Shown in pieces: positions 11,233-25,171 of a DNA stretch of 64,000 nucleotides. Position 1 is the stretch's first letter. Every line of letters starts with the position of its first letter. The DNA lies in contig JAAOMT010000664.1 of the NCBI GenBank assembly GCA_016748015.1, positions 1,788,576 to 1,852,575 of the forward strand. The letters are read 5' to 3'. The DNA is from Geosiphon pyriformis uo1. Taxonomy: Eukaryota > Fungi > Glomeromycota. The notes beneath the pieces are model-generated. The model saw nothing but the letters and a program-made list of their open reading frames with translations, was not told the origin of the DNA and searched no databases. The position numbers and the translations under genes are program-made.

Positions 11233-12213
11233 TGTTACCAGATGAAATTAGAGATATTATTTAGCATGAAATTATCTTTATAATTCTTATCATTAATTAA
11301 CATATATTATCATTTCAAATTATTACTTAGTATATTAGCAAAATGTCTGAAATTATCATTTAATTAATAACCCAATTTGTACATAACACAAATGTAACCT
11401 AATCATGATGATCAATCATGCAATACCCCAAACTATATAACATTCAAAAAGTTCGCCAAAATTTGTAGAAATTTGCCAAAATAATTGATAGTTTACCGAA
11501 ATATCTAATAGTTTGCAGAAATAACTTATAGTTTGCCAAAATGTATCTTTAGTTCAGTGAAATTGTAGAAAAGAACAAAGTTTAAGTTCATAGAATAGTG
11601 TTACAACAAGTTGTATAAAAGAAGAGCTTCTCTCTTCGAGAAAATGTATCTTACTTTAGATTTATCTCTTAAAACCGTTCCTATACACACAAAAAGAAAT
11701 AAATATCAAATAATTCGAAAAAAAAAAACCAAATTCTTTAATTATTGTACTTGGAAAATTCCCAAAACCCAACTAACATTTCGAAATTGATTAGCTACCA
11801 ATTTCAGTAAACTGTTAGTGACTCCAAGCCTGGATAGAAAACGTTCCCTTGATAAAATCCTATTTCTTTTATATTTCTTTTATTTATTTATTTTCTTATT
11901 ACAATCATTAGGGTAGTCTACAGATGAGATTCCTGTAGAAGAGTTGACTTTCACAGCAAAATAACTATACATTTTAGTGAGCTTCCAGACGAACAATTCC
12001 TGTGAAAGAGTTGATGTTTACTACAACGTAACTATACAAGTAACTGGCACAGAATTGGCCATTTCACTCATAAGCTCAGCAAGTTCAAATTATAGGAGAT
12101 AATTTGAAAATAAATTCAGTTACTGGAGGTCCAACTACTTCTTGGAAACGTGAATTCACAACAAAACAATATTAACAATATTTAAAAAAAGAGACCAAAA
12201 ACCTCCGGTAACA
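11233..12213 (+). repeat. 3' LTR of copy B (981 bp; 10939-11089 is an artefactual duplicate of its start)
   Basis: TGTTACC...GGTAACA; TATAAAAG at 11614-11621. Confidence 0.93.
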
Positions 12214-15200
12214 ACACCAAAACAAAAAACTAGTTCTAAATTACCACTTTTAATTACACTCTTTTTAGTTTTATTTGCTTAATTTCAAATACCAAATTCA
12301 TCATTTAATCATTTTTCAAAACCAAAAGATTTTACATCACTAAAAAGTTCAATATAACAGTTTAAACAAATCTTTATTAATATTAATTTTTTTAATTTTC
12401 TAACAGAAAACCAAAGCAATTACTTTAATAATAACAAAGATGTTTTTGAATTCACAAAAAAATAAACTACTTAAAACAAAAATACAAAAAACATGGCAAC
12501 CACCTATATTACAAAAATCATTGAATTCATAAAAAAAGATGTTAAGACCAGTCTACAAGAATGGCTTAACAAAACCCAAAAAGCAGGAGATGCAAATAGA
12601 TGGAATATAACAAGAATATTAAAAGCAATTCCATACTTTTTTCAAAAAACAGCAGAAGAATAGTTTGAAAAATTGACCAAATCTTTCGAAAACTGGCAAA
12701 CATTTAAAAATGCTTTCATAGAATAATTTACTAATAACAACATCTCTATTACTCTTTGAAATTGCTTTCATAATATTAAACAAAAATCATTTGAAACTAT
12801 TATAACCTATTTTAAGAGATTTAATAAACTTTTTTGATGAATTTGACAATTAGAAACCAACAACTATTACTTTAATGCCCAGATTTTGGATTAGTTTATT
12901 GCAGAACTAAAAGACAAATTCATTAAGAAAGTTTGACCACATGCTCCAAAAAACCTAATTATTGCTATTTGATATACTAAGACCTATAAAATAACAATAG
13001 AAAAAGTTAACTATACCAAACTTTTAAATCTTGTAATTAGAGAAACCAGCTTAATAGCTAAGAAAAAAATAGACCAACTTACAAAAAAGATTGAAAATTA
13101 TTTTACTAACCAACAACAGTAACAATAATAAAGATATTAACTATTTTAATAATGCAATTAAAACAACTTTTTGATATTATCAAACAGCCAAACTCAAAAC
13201 TGCCATTATTGTGAAATTCCAGAACACTAAAAACAAGATTGCAAAAAGCTACAACAAGACTAACAACAACAGAATAATCAATATTATTCTCAATCTTAAT
13301 AGTCATATTATTAACTTTTACTATTAGCTTATTATTTACTAAAACTTTAACATTAAAACAACTATTACTAATCTGCTCCACAACTAATGTCACAACAATA
13401 TTAGCAATTTTTATAGATTTAACAATATTAATTATCACTTACACAATAATATTAAATACTAATTCGAAGATTAATCCAACAAGACTAATTTGCTTCACAA
13501 AATCAGTTTTTTAATAATAATCAATTCAATTCCAACAACTAATTAGTTTTCCAAAACCCAATTTAGCAAAGACTTGTACATTATTATACTCAATTCAGTT
13601 ATTTTACAATGCCAAAAAAATCGGACTTTCAACAAATTGCACTTTCTAAAAATAAAACTACAGTATCAAGATTATTTCTTTCAACAATATTATCTTATCA
13701 GCCCAAATTACCAAGAATATAAACCTTTCAAATATTTTTTTATTCAAATTTGAAGTCAATAAGTCACTATTTTTACTCAGTAATACAGCTGTTACTAAAC
13801 AAAAAGCAATTACAGCAATGTATATTAAAGCTAAAATTGAAAGAAAACCAATTTAATTAATTTTAAATAATAGATCTACTAAAAGTATTATCACTTATCA
13901 ACTAATGTAACAGCTTCAATGAACTGTTGACAAACTCATCCAAACAGTTATTGTTATTGCAAACAGTATAAAAAAAACCTCAATAAAAGAAATTAACAAC
14001 TTTCTTTTTATTATTAACAGAATTACTATCTTAATTAAAGTATTTGTCATGAATACACTCTAATATTAAGTTTTTGTTGAAAATAATTGGTTTTTTAAAG
14101 CCAATACAAACTTAGACTAAAAAACACAAGAATTAAAGATTTTATATTAAGAATAATATATTCAAGTACCTGTTATATATAATATTTTTAACAAATGATT
14201 TAAAAAAGTTCCAGTGTTTGAATTTAAAAAGGAGAAAAAAATGCCAATTATCAAAACATACATGGCTCTTAAATCAATATTTAATTGGACTAAGAAAACA
14301 AAACAAAAATTTTTTGAGGAAACCAGAAGATAGAATATTTTACACCAGAATTATAAAAACAATTATCTTACATTTTACTTAAATATAAAGACTGTAACAA
14401 AAAGCTTTTATTGATAGAAGCATAATATTCCCAAAAGAAAAATATAAAATATGTATCTGTTATTTTTGCAAAACATGCCATAAAGAATGATTCAGATATC
14501 TCAAATAAAGTAAAAAATAAAACAACATTTCTTGTTTTATATGTGGAGAAATACTATCAGAAGAATACAATTGGATTGATGTTGCAATAAGAGGAAGAAT
14601 TTGTGATTAAATCTGCCAATATGCACTTTTAATTGTGAAAAAAATAAAAAAATAAACTTTTTTTAATGTAATATATAATAGTGTTTTCAATAAACTTTAC
14701 TATTATCTATACAATACTAAAATAATTTATGAACTAGTCATGATTTTGATTAATAAAGAAACCCAAAAAAATGTCCACCAGATGAAAAAAGCAGAATACA
14801 TTAAATATACAATAGAATTAGCTGAATTTGATTATAAAAACAAAATAGAAACATACTATTAAATTATAAATTATGTCTACTTAACCAAAGAAGCTCAAAT
14901 TTAAGCAAATAAACATTCAACTATACAAAAAATATATCATGTCTTGTAATGACCAATGCTATTTAAAATGCTATATAATTAGTATTTTTTTGCTTAACAA
15001 AAATAATGAATATAAAATCAAATTTGAAAAACCTAAACCAAAAGAAAAAATTATAACAATCCTAATCTATCTTACTAAAAATCAGTCTGTCATACAACTC
15101 TAATACTTTGACAACAATAAACAAAGAATAAGACCTAAAAAAGCCCATAAAATAAATGTACAATATAATCTACAATATTAAAAAAAAACAATTTAGTCTT

Positions 15201-16571
15201 TTAACCAAAATCTCTAACAAAAATCAACCTAAAAATTGCTTTTAAAATTCCACCAGAAGCAATAATTCAAATTGCTTTCTGAATATTATTGGCAAGCAAA
15301 AAAATCAATATTAGAGAAGAAATTATAAATACAAGATATATTGAAGACATTATAATCCTGTTACAAAATAAAACTGATAAACTATTCAAAATTAAGCATA
15401 CCAAAAAAATTGTTCAAGCAATCTACCTATCTTTAATCAACATTTCAAGTTTACAATCAATTAACAACAGAAAACAATTAGGAAAAAGTGAAAAAAAATC
15501 CAAAGTTTTGGTTTAATTGACAATTTACAGTTTCAGTAAATATAATTTTCAATATACAAAATAATTTTTACCAGATTTTTCAACTTTTCCAACCAATTAC
15601 TATTTTATTTTTTGGAGAACATTACAAAATTTATACTTGTCTAAAGCCTACTACCACTTAACAAATCTTCAAGTCAAATAAACAAATTTGTTTAAAACAT
15701 ATAATTTCAATTCAAAATGTTTATATTTCAAAAAAAATAAAGAAATTTCAAGTTATATTTTACAATTTCAACAATTATTACATCATTTTATTAAATAAAT
15801 TAGAAATTAAAATCATACATAGCAATATCTTTTAAAATAAAACCCTTCAAATTGTCTTTAATTTTATTAAAATTATAAAATATACATTACTTTTAAATCT
15901 AAATATTAGCTTTATTACTGAAAACTACCACATTTTAGAAAAAAAACTTCTTTAAATCAATATGAATCTCTTAAAATCTCAATAACAAAGACAATTAAAA
16001 CAGTTGATTATTGAATATATTAATATATTTGCCAAAAATAATAACAATTTGAGAAAAACTAATATTATACAGCATAGATCTATATAGAAGATGCTCTACC
16101 AAAACATTAACAAGCCTATTAAGTTCTATTTACTAACTATTAATTTATCAAAAAAAAGTTTAATGAATGCTCAATAATAATCTTATCCAACCATTAAGAA
16201 ATTCTTAAGTCTTATCAGTAATTTTTGTTAAAAAAAAATGGCAAAATCAGATTTTGTGTAGACTATTAACAACTAAATAATATCATAATTAGAGATGTCT
16301 ACTCACTACTAAAAATTAATAATATGTTAGATGTTTTGAAAAAAGCCAAGTTTTTTTCAACTTTAGACTTGGAAAGTAAGTATTAACAAGTTGAAATAAA
16401 TTTCAAAGACTGTTTCAAAACAGCATTTATTATTCAAAAAAAAATTACAAGTTTAATATAATGTCTTTTAAACTCTGTAATATATCAGCAATATTCCAAA
16501 AACTTATAGATGTTGTTTACAAAAAACTCTTATAACAATCAGTAGTTATTTACTTAGATAATACTAATATA
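12214..16571 (+). mobile_element. Older decayed Ty3/gypsy copy C (family-1-like): gag, PR, Cys-rich domain, dUTPase, RT start
   Basis: Colinear with A but with dense G>A/C>T changes; interrupted just after the YLD(D) motif by a pogo element. Confidence 0.88.
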
Positions 16572-18430
16572 CAGTGAACTCTTTTTATAATCACATCTTT
16601 TGGTCAGCACATTTGTGGTGACTATAGAGAAATGAGATTATAAAAAATGATTAGTATCTTATTACATAATCTATATATTACATGTATAATATAATAACTA
16701 ATTATATATATTTTATTTAAAAAAGCTATCTATTTGCAACTGTTTTTTCTTTTCTTGAACTTTGAGAACAGTATTATGAATTAATGTTTTCAAAGTTTTA
16801 AAAAAGTCTGAATCAACTTTTTCACTATACTGCTCTTTACAATAGTGCAATGTATCTTCAAATGCAGTTTTACCTTGATGTGTAAATAGCAAAGGCAAAG
16901 ATTCATCTTTATCTTCACTTCCTAAATTTTCATTTGCATTAGAATTTCCATTATACTTGTTGTTAATAAGATCCACAATTTCATTCTCTGAGGCATAAGT
17001 AAATAATGGTTCAAACTTGTCAATATTAATGAAGTCTATTGCCAATAACTTGTCAATATTAATGTACTCAATAAGAACTTGTACTTCTTGTAGAAATTCT
17101 TATTCAATATCTAATGAATGGGCTGGCATTTGACTATTATTTAGAATTCCCATATGACACCAACAGTTTTGGATTGTAGTTGTTGTTACTACTGACTATG
17201 TATCAATTAGAAAGTCAACCACATCCTTTAATGTTACTGTTAATATTGGAATCTTGTCATCATACTGATTAATAAGATAGAAAAGAAACAACTTTCAGTA
17301 TTGTGCCTTAAAAAATGCAATAATTCTTGCATTTAATGGTTGCAAATAGGATGTTGTATTGGATGATAGGTATCTAATTATAATATTAGATAATACAGAA
17401 GGTTCTCTACTATGGGAACCAGTATTATTAAGCAATAGCAAAATCTTTTTTTTCTTATGATGCATTTTTTCATTTAATAAATTAAGCCATTTACTAAAAA
17501 TATCAGTTTGCATTCATGCTTTTGTATTGTAACAATAAGTAATTGGAAATGTATTCATATTAATATTGTGAAAACATTATGGCTTTGCGGCTTTGCTGAT
17601 AATTAAAGACTGCAACTTGATGCTGCTTGTTGCATTACAAGCAAAAAGTATGGTAATTCGACTCTTATCATGCTTGGTACCAGAAATAAATTTTGTTGCC
17701 AAAGTTGCATTTGGTGGCATTCTAAAGAACAATGCTGTCTCATTGGCATTGTAAACATCATTTAGATCATATTTGCTGATAATTTTATGTAGTTTCTCTT
17801 GTTCCTCTGGTAAAATTTTCAAGAGGGCACTGTTTGTTTTATCATGTATCTTAATGTGATGTAAATTATGACGTTTTTTGAATTTTTTTAACCAACTATC
17901 TGATGCTTTAAAGTTATTTTCTTCCAGAAACTTTTTAGCAAACTTGAGAACTTTCATTTGTAAAATTTTTTCAGTAAGAATGCAGTTGGTAGCTAGTGCA
18001 TCATTTATTTTTGGAAACATTTTTTTCTTGTTCTTTGTCAATTGACCAGAGTTGCCAGATACATTCTTTTTAATTCATTGGTCTGATTTTATGAGTATCT
18101 TTGTTACAGTGGAGTGGTCAATTTTTAGATTGAATATTTTGATAAGTCTATTTGCTGAGTAATTAGGATGCTCTAGTTTGTACTAACAGAAAGCCTTTTT
18201 AGTCTCCAAGGAGATTGCTGCTTACTTTTGGTTCATGTTTTTTGGCATGTTAATAAGAACACACTTTTTATTGCATTTTGCTTTTATAATGCATTGATGT
18301 ATCAGTTATGTCTCAAATGTCATTTTGCTTTATATCTAATTGGACATGTGAGGTGTCTTATGTTATATGAGGTGTCTCAAATTATAAAAAGTGGCCAAAT
18401 TATAAAAATGAAGATTTTAATTTAACTGTA
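16572..18430 (-). mobile_element. pogo/Tigger-like (Tc1/mariner) DNA transposon relic
   Basis: TA|CAGTGAACTC terminus at 16572; the other TIR is not clearly found, so the right boundary is uncertain. Confidence 0.75.
16713..18236 (-). pseudogene. pogo-family transposase (CENP-B HTH + DDE_1)
   Basis: FKASDSWLKKFKKRH, VYNA(D)ETALF, KSRITILFACNA, LLL(D)N..SH, NTTSYLQPL(D), KKKQLQIDSFF. Confidence 0.9.
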
Positions 18431-18699
18431 GGATTCTAAGTGCAAATAACAGATTCTAAGTAAAAAGAAACCTAATTTTGATAATGTATTTACAACACTT
18501 TTTGCCTCTTACCCCTAACTGATGATCAATAATGAAGGCTGTCAATTTGATTCTTTATATACTTGCATAATCATGTAGAAGATAGGACAATGTCATGTTG
18601 TCAAGCCCCCCAAACACAGCAATGCCTATATCAATCATGTAAACATTACAGCTAATAGAAGTAGTTAACAATTTATTTCTCCACTTTAAAAACACTTAC

Positions 18700-19283
18700 T
18701 AACATGCTTTACGAGTTTATTAATTAAAAACATAATGATGAAACATAAAATATCACAATCTATTCTCAACACTAATGAGGCAACACATTGTGAATTTATT
18801 TCATTAGTTATCTATAGTGTTGTATCGGTATTCAATGGCTAAGTCAAAATTTGTTCACAATATAAAATATCTGGAAGCTATGAAAAAGAGCCAGTTGATT
18901 GGGCAATCAAGGTACATGATATGATAATTGTAATTACAAAGACAAAGTGGAAGATATTAATCAAGATGTGGGCCAATGTATGATTCAACTTCAAAGCATC
19001 TATGCAATATAATAAAAAACATTCTTATGACATAGTCTTGCAAGAAATTAAGATGTTTAGAATAATCACTGTGAGTAATTGGGTAATTATTAAAGTGGTT
19101 TTAAGTGGGATTAATGATAATAGTAAAGTTGAGATATTGTTAAGTTTGTGCTCCTCTCTTTCTTTGCCCATTAGTAAGGCAACATTGAATAAAAATCTTT
19201 TGTGTAGTTAACTTAAAAGCTTGTTTGGTCAGATCAAGTGGGGTTTCAACCAACAAATTAAGTCTCAAGGTTTAGGTAAATAA
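18700..19283 (+). pseudogene. Crinkler-type / PD-(D/E)xK nuclease-like gene relic
   Basis: Translates as NEATHCEFIS...PVDWAIK...VITKTK.EDINQDVGQCMIQLQ with frameshifts; family assignment by motif recall. Confidence 0.55.
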
Positions 19284-19329
19284 CAATATATGAAATTCAC
19301 TCTTATTCTAATTAACACTATTACACTTA

Positions 19330-20020
19330 TAACAATGATCTAAATTGTACATTGCAATAAAACTCTCTGTATCAACCGTTTTTTGATATAATTTGACCCT
19401 TTTACTCTTGTTCTATTAATGCCTTTGCCATACTTATAGCAATAACCTAACCAATTCATTGCATTAGAATTCCTTACATCAACTACAATTTGAAAAAATT
19501 TGACCACTTTACTCATGTCTTGATCAATGCATTTGCCAATTAAAGTAGCAATAATCTATCTAATTTATTGCCCCAGAATCTCCCACATCAGCCACCTTTT
19601 GATATAATTTAATAGCTTAATCCATGTCCTGATCAATGTATTTGCTATTAAAGTAACAATGTCCTAATCAAGTTATTGCTTCAGAATTTTCTGCATTATT
19701 TGCCTTTTAATACAATTTAACAGCTTAATCTGTGTCCTGATTGACACCTTTACCATATTGATAGCAACAACCTAATTGAGTCATTGCTTCAAAATTCTCT
19801 GTATTAACAGCCTTTTGATATAATTTGACCCCTTGACTTTTGTTCTAATCAATACCTTCATCATGCTGATAGCAATAACCTAAATTGTTCATTGTAACAG
19901 AATTTTCTGTATTACTTGTCTTTTGATATAATTTGACAGCTTGACTTATGTTCTGATTAACACTTTTGCCATAAAAGTAGCAATTTCTTAATTTATTCAT
20001 TGCTGCAGAGTTTTCAGCAT
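19330..20020 (-). pseudogene. Sel1-like repeat protein relic (about six 36-aa repeats)
   Basis: 108-bp periodicity; AMNNLGYCYQH.EGI..NKSQGVKLYQKA consensus; many stops. Confidence 0.85.
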
Positions 20021-20084
20021 TTAAACAGAATAGATGGTAAAAATCTAATTCGAGATTTTTACATTTTTAAAAAATACCTCCAAA

Positions 20085-20480
20085 CAGCCATAACAATTAA
20101 TATGGCAATGATAATTCAGTTTGCTTACTTCCTAATAGTCTTAATAATCAATGCAACAATGATAATTCAGTCACTTATTTCCTAATGGCCTCAACAATTA
20201 ATGCAATAATAATAATTAGATTCACTTATTTTTGGATGATCTCAGTAATCAATGCAACAATAGTAATTTACTTATCTTTAGACAGCTACAACAATCTACA
20301 CAAATATATTAATCAAATTCACTTATCTTTAAATGGTCATGGCAATTAATGTAATAATGATAATCAGATTCACTTACCTTTGAATAGCTTTGACAATTAA
20401 TGTAACAATGATAATTTACTTTACTTATCTTTGAATAGTTATGGCAATTATCACAGCAATGCTAAATAAATTTACTTAGT
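20085..20480. repeat. Degenerate ~51-bp tandem repeat, 8 units
   Basis: CTTA(C/T) anchor at 20124, 20174, 20225, 20271, 20322, 20373, 20424, 20475. Confidence 0.85.
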
Positions 20481-20559
20481 GGGTTAGGCAATTATTCAAT
20501 ATTTGCCACCAAGGCAAAGCAGAGCATACTATTTTACACCAATTTGCTTGTTGTAACTT

Positions 20560-23500
20560 TATTCAATTAGCCATGGCAGCAAGAGATGTATAATTGTTAC
20601 AATTGTGATAAACAAGATTACATCAGAGCTAGCTGCTGAGTTTATAGCAATAATTCATGATCAGAGAATCAAAATCAAAACTCTGATTACAGATTTCAAA
20701 CTCTAAACCACTACTCAAATCAAGATCATTATCAACTACACTACACTCAAATAGCACAGCAACCAATCTACCAAATCCCAGTTTATCAAACCCCAACACC
20801 AGTTATCTACCAGCCACAGCCACAAGTAATATATCAGCCACAACAAATTCAAACTCTGCCACACAATCCAACCCAGATGTCACCTGGAAACCAAAGACTG
20901 AGAATCATTCAGCAAAACTAGAAATCAGCAATAGTTGTACATCAACCAATCTCCAGTTTATCCAACCATGTCATAGGATCATATTTCAGGAATTCAAAAA
21001 ATGGGTACAACCAAAATCAGAGTTTCCAGAACTATTTGAGTCTTCTGGTTATCCTAGAAAACATCTCGACCAACAACAATCTGGAAATCTCCCTGAAACA
21101 AATGATCAATAACAACATATCTCCAGCCACCATCACAAATGACAAATTGTTAGCAGCCATTTTTTTCTTCAAAATTAAGGGACCAATTGAAACCTCTTTT
21201 TTTAGTTGAGCCATCCTTGATACAAAACCCATTACTGCCATGTACACTAATGTCAAGATTAATGGGCAGATCATCAAGTTGATCCTAAACAGTAATTTAG
21301 CAGACAGCATTATTATATAACAACTCATAAACCAATTAGATTGCTGAGTTGATTGTGCTGCCAGTGCCAGAATTATTACTGCTAATAGAACCACCAAAAC
21401 TCCAATTGGCAAAATTGACAATTTTCTTATTAAAGTCAATGGTATCATTGTATCAATCAAGGTTTTAGTTATAGAAGCCATCCAGTATCAAGCTTTTGTT
21501 AGTAATAACTGGCTGTCTAAAACCAATGCCATACTCAATTGGAACACCCAGAAGCTACAGCTCAGCCAAAATGGACAACATACTAGAGTACCAGCCACCT
21601 GTAAACACTTCAAAATCACTACAACTGCACCACTAATTGAATTTGAGAAAGAAAAAAAGAAATCTATTTGGGAAGCCTACCAAGTTTTGTGGGCTAACAC
21701 TAACCACAACAAATTACTGCCAATATTGTCTTGAGACAACAAAGAAAAAGGAAAAGAAAAAAACAAGCCACAAAAAGATACCACCAACAAAATTACCAGT
21801 GGCTGGGAAAGTTCCTATTCAATTAACACCAGACTAAAGCCACCCTATATCTTACTCAAATACAAAGACTACAAGAAAAAGTTGTTCTCCATAGGAGCTT
21901 AGGTTGCACCTGATGAAAACTACTGGACACAAACCTATTACTATTGCAAACCATGTCATTGTAAATACTACAGCTATCTAAAATGCCAAGACAAGTGGGA
22001 CAATAAACCATGTCTTGCTTGTGGCAAACAACTGCTCAATAAAAAAATGTAGAATAACATTTCTGGTTGAGGAAAAATCTGTGACATATTGTGTCAATAC
22101 ACAATTCTTATTAATGACTGGATAAGTCAAGGAATTCCAATAACTACAGTCTAACATTGAGTAATCTCTCGCTTGGATGATTACCTACATGATGAAAATG
22201 AGATTTGGAGAATGACCAATGCCAAGATAGAAGATGCTTTGCCCAGTGAGATTTTAGAAATAAAAAACAATTCTCCTAAACCAGTTGAAGTTGTTCTTAT
22301 TCCCAATTTTGATGTCTTTTTAGATATTGAAACAGGCCCAAAAGAATTCTATAAACACTACCAAAATTTAGCACTCACTCAAAAAGAACAAAAACAGTGC
22401 TTGGAAGAAATAAACACCCAATTATGTGACCACTGTTTGATCCCATGTGACTTTTAGTATTGTAATGAGTGTGACCTTATTTACAATCCAACACCATGCA
22501 GGATCTACACAATCCCGAAAGAGGAAGAACCAATTAGCAGCTGCACATTAGAATCAAATTCAACTTTCAATCCCAATTCAAACCTCAATGATAATAACAA
22601 CAACGATTCCAGCTCTGTTCAAAATGGCAACAGTGATAACAACAACAATTTAAACTTAGATTCAGACTCTAAACAGTACATTGTGCTTTCTGATCTCTCT
22701 AAGAAGCAGAAACTCAGATGGTTTAGTGACAATAATGAAGGTATTATGCCAAAATGTGTGCATAATACCAATATAGTGTTTGATCTGAGATATTTGAAAA
22801 AAGATGTCATCAAATTGGAATCACATTTATGCACCTGCATTGATCTTAAAGTAGCACTGAAAATTCCTGCAACAACAATAATTCAATTAGCATCTAAAAG
22901 TAACTTAGTAAAAAAAAGAATCAGCATCAAAAGAGAAATAATTGACACCAGATATGTAGGAAATATTATTGCTATGCTACAAAATGATTCAGAAAAGGCC
23001 TATTATAGAGCTAAACAAAAAGATAGCACAAACAATATTCCTGCCTCTGATTAAAGTAGCTCAATTAGTATTAGTAGGAAACAGGGAAAAATTAGAAATT
23101 ACAGCTAAAGAGATATAGAGATTTGAATCAATAGGTAGAATAGATGTACCAATTAATATGGCAGAAGAAAAAATTATTGACAAGAGAGAAATTATATTCA
23201 CCTATCAATCAATTTCCATTCTATCATATAACTAGTACATATTAACCATAGAAAAAAAAGTGAAAGATCAGGCACAAATTTTTGAAGTGGAACCAACCAT
23301 TTGCAAATTAGAAGAAATTGGACTTATCAATCTCTACATACCAGCCAAAAACAAGAACCATATCAAAATTCCCATCTACAATGCAACAAGAAACATTATA
23401 GAAATACCAAAAAAAACCACCATCAGATATTTAAGCACTGAAGTTGAAAAACAGCCACCAAACCCCATTTCAGATTTTCCACAGCTTTGCAAATATGTAG

Positions 23501-24482
23501 ATATTATATCACAAACAATTTACGAACAGAACAAATGTTATCTGCTCCAACCAAAACAATTGGAACAAATGAACATAGGAAACTTAGACCCACTTTAACA
23601 TATGCAGTTTAAGATATTACTCAACAACTTTAATAACATCTTTGCCAGCAAAAATGAATTTGGCCATATTAATATCATCTAACATCAGATCAAAATTGAA
23701 AATGTAATGCCAATAAAACAATAAGCATACAGAGTATCACCAGCCAGCCATGAAATTATTCATCAAGAAATCAATTGGATGCTTGACAATGGGCTAATTC
23801 AGCCATCAATGAGCCTATGGTCATCATCAGTGATACTAGTCCATAAGAAAAATGAAAAAATCTGCTTTTGTGTAAATTATAGGAAACTAAATAAAGTAAC
23901 AAAAGGGAATAGCTACCTGACTCCAAAGATCCAAAAACTGTTTGATGTTTTTGAAAGAAAAAAATGGTTCTCAACTTTGGACTTAAACAGCAGTTACTGG
24001 CAAGTAGTCATGAAACCAAAAGATAAAGAAAAAACAGCTTTTACAATATGAGAAGAGAATTTCAAATTTGAAGTAATGCTATTTGGTTTGATAAATGCAC
24101 CAGCTATCTTCCAATAACTAATAGAAATTGTTTATACCAAACTACTATGGAAATCAGTAGTTGTTTACTTAGATAACACAAATGTGTTTTCCAAGACATT
24201 TAATGATCATTTGTATTATTTCTAACAAGTGTTTGAAAAATTAAGAAGAGCTGGATTAAAATTAAATACAACCAAGTGTTTCTTTAGAAAAACTGAACTC
24301 AAGTTTTTGGGACATATTGTGAGCAAAGACAGTATCAAAATAGATCCAGACAACATCGAGATAGTCAAAAACTTTCCAGTACTAACCAACTTGACAGAAC
24401 TAAGAGCATTTTTAGAATTTGCTAGATACTATTGCCACTTTATTAAAGACTTTTCTAAACTGGCCCAGCCATTACACCATAA
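20560..24482 (+). mobile_element. Internal fragment of Ty3/gypsy copy D (gag zinc knuckle, PR, Cys-rich domain, dUTPase, RT); truncated both sides
   Basis: CYNCDKQDY knuckle relic, LIL(D)S protease, LCDHCLIPC, dUTPase motifs at 22705-23140, RT YLD(D); pol closer to F than to A. Confidence 0.88.
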
Positions 24483-25171
24483 TGTAAGAAAACAAAGTGA
24501 TAGTTAGCAAGAACAGACAATCCAAAGCAATTCTGTAAAACTAGAAAATACATATATATAGCAGTAGCATTAGAAACAGAAAAGACAGAATCTCCAGACA
24601 GAAATTTATTAATTATTATTCCCCAGTTAGAAACCATATTATTTCAAAATATTAATAAATATACTTATTTAGTATTTCAAATCTAGTTGTTCATTATCAA
24701 CTCTAAATGTTGATAATTATTGATACTTAAAACATACAGGAACAATAGCTCTTGATTATGGCTATTGACAAGATATTAAATTACATTGTCTTGGCTTATT
24801 GTTTTTGTTTTTTTTTATCTCTTTTATTTTTTCTTTATTTTTGTTGTGTATACTAATTGATTGAGGATTAAGCACTAAATATTAACATCAAGGATTGTTT
24901 GGTAAAAGACTCCTGTGAGTGAGTAGAATGCATAAGAATTACAGATTGCTTACCAGAGAATTGCTGGCCACTATGCTAAGAAAAAAATTGATGAAATTGT
25001 GATTCTGGGAAGCTACAAATAAAATAACACAAGAATCTCTATTCATTATACAAAGAACTCTAATCAAAACCTTCAGATCAAAACACCTTCAGATATTACT
25101 AATGTTATCAATTGAGCACCAGGTTACAGGTTTGTTATTTGCTTTGAGACCCCAAATAATTATCTGTAACA
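24483..25171. repeat. Probable LTR or LTR fragment of another family
   Basis: Non-coding, begins TGTAAG and ends CTGTAACA, where family-1-like sequence resumes (ACAT); no matching TSD. Confidence 0.4.

Larger units (their letters stand above)
8216..12213 (+). mobile_element. 3' half of Ty3/gypsy copy B (family 1): RT end, RNase H, integrase, ORF3, PPT, 3' LTR; inserted in gag of copy C
   Basis: Near-identical to A. After the LTR end (12213) the sequence resumes decayed gag (TPKQKTSSKLPL). Confidence 0.93.

Noticed and set aside
10816-11383. Exact 274-bp direct duplication of ORF3 end, PPT and LTR start
   Set aside because: Flanks a 20-N gap (11090-11109) and is identical despite heavy decay elsewhere; scaffolding artefact.
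20085-20480. CRISPR-like periodicity here and in the LTR arrays
   Set aside because: No unique spacers, units are degenerate along their whole length, no cas genes, eukaryotic context.
21032-21481. Hydrophobic antisense ORFs over gag/PR and LTRs (also 13106-13438, 40969-41238, 53557-53871, 58240-58549)
   Set aside because: Shadows of A/C-rich sense coding strands or of tandem arrays; not conserved as open frames between families.
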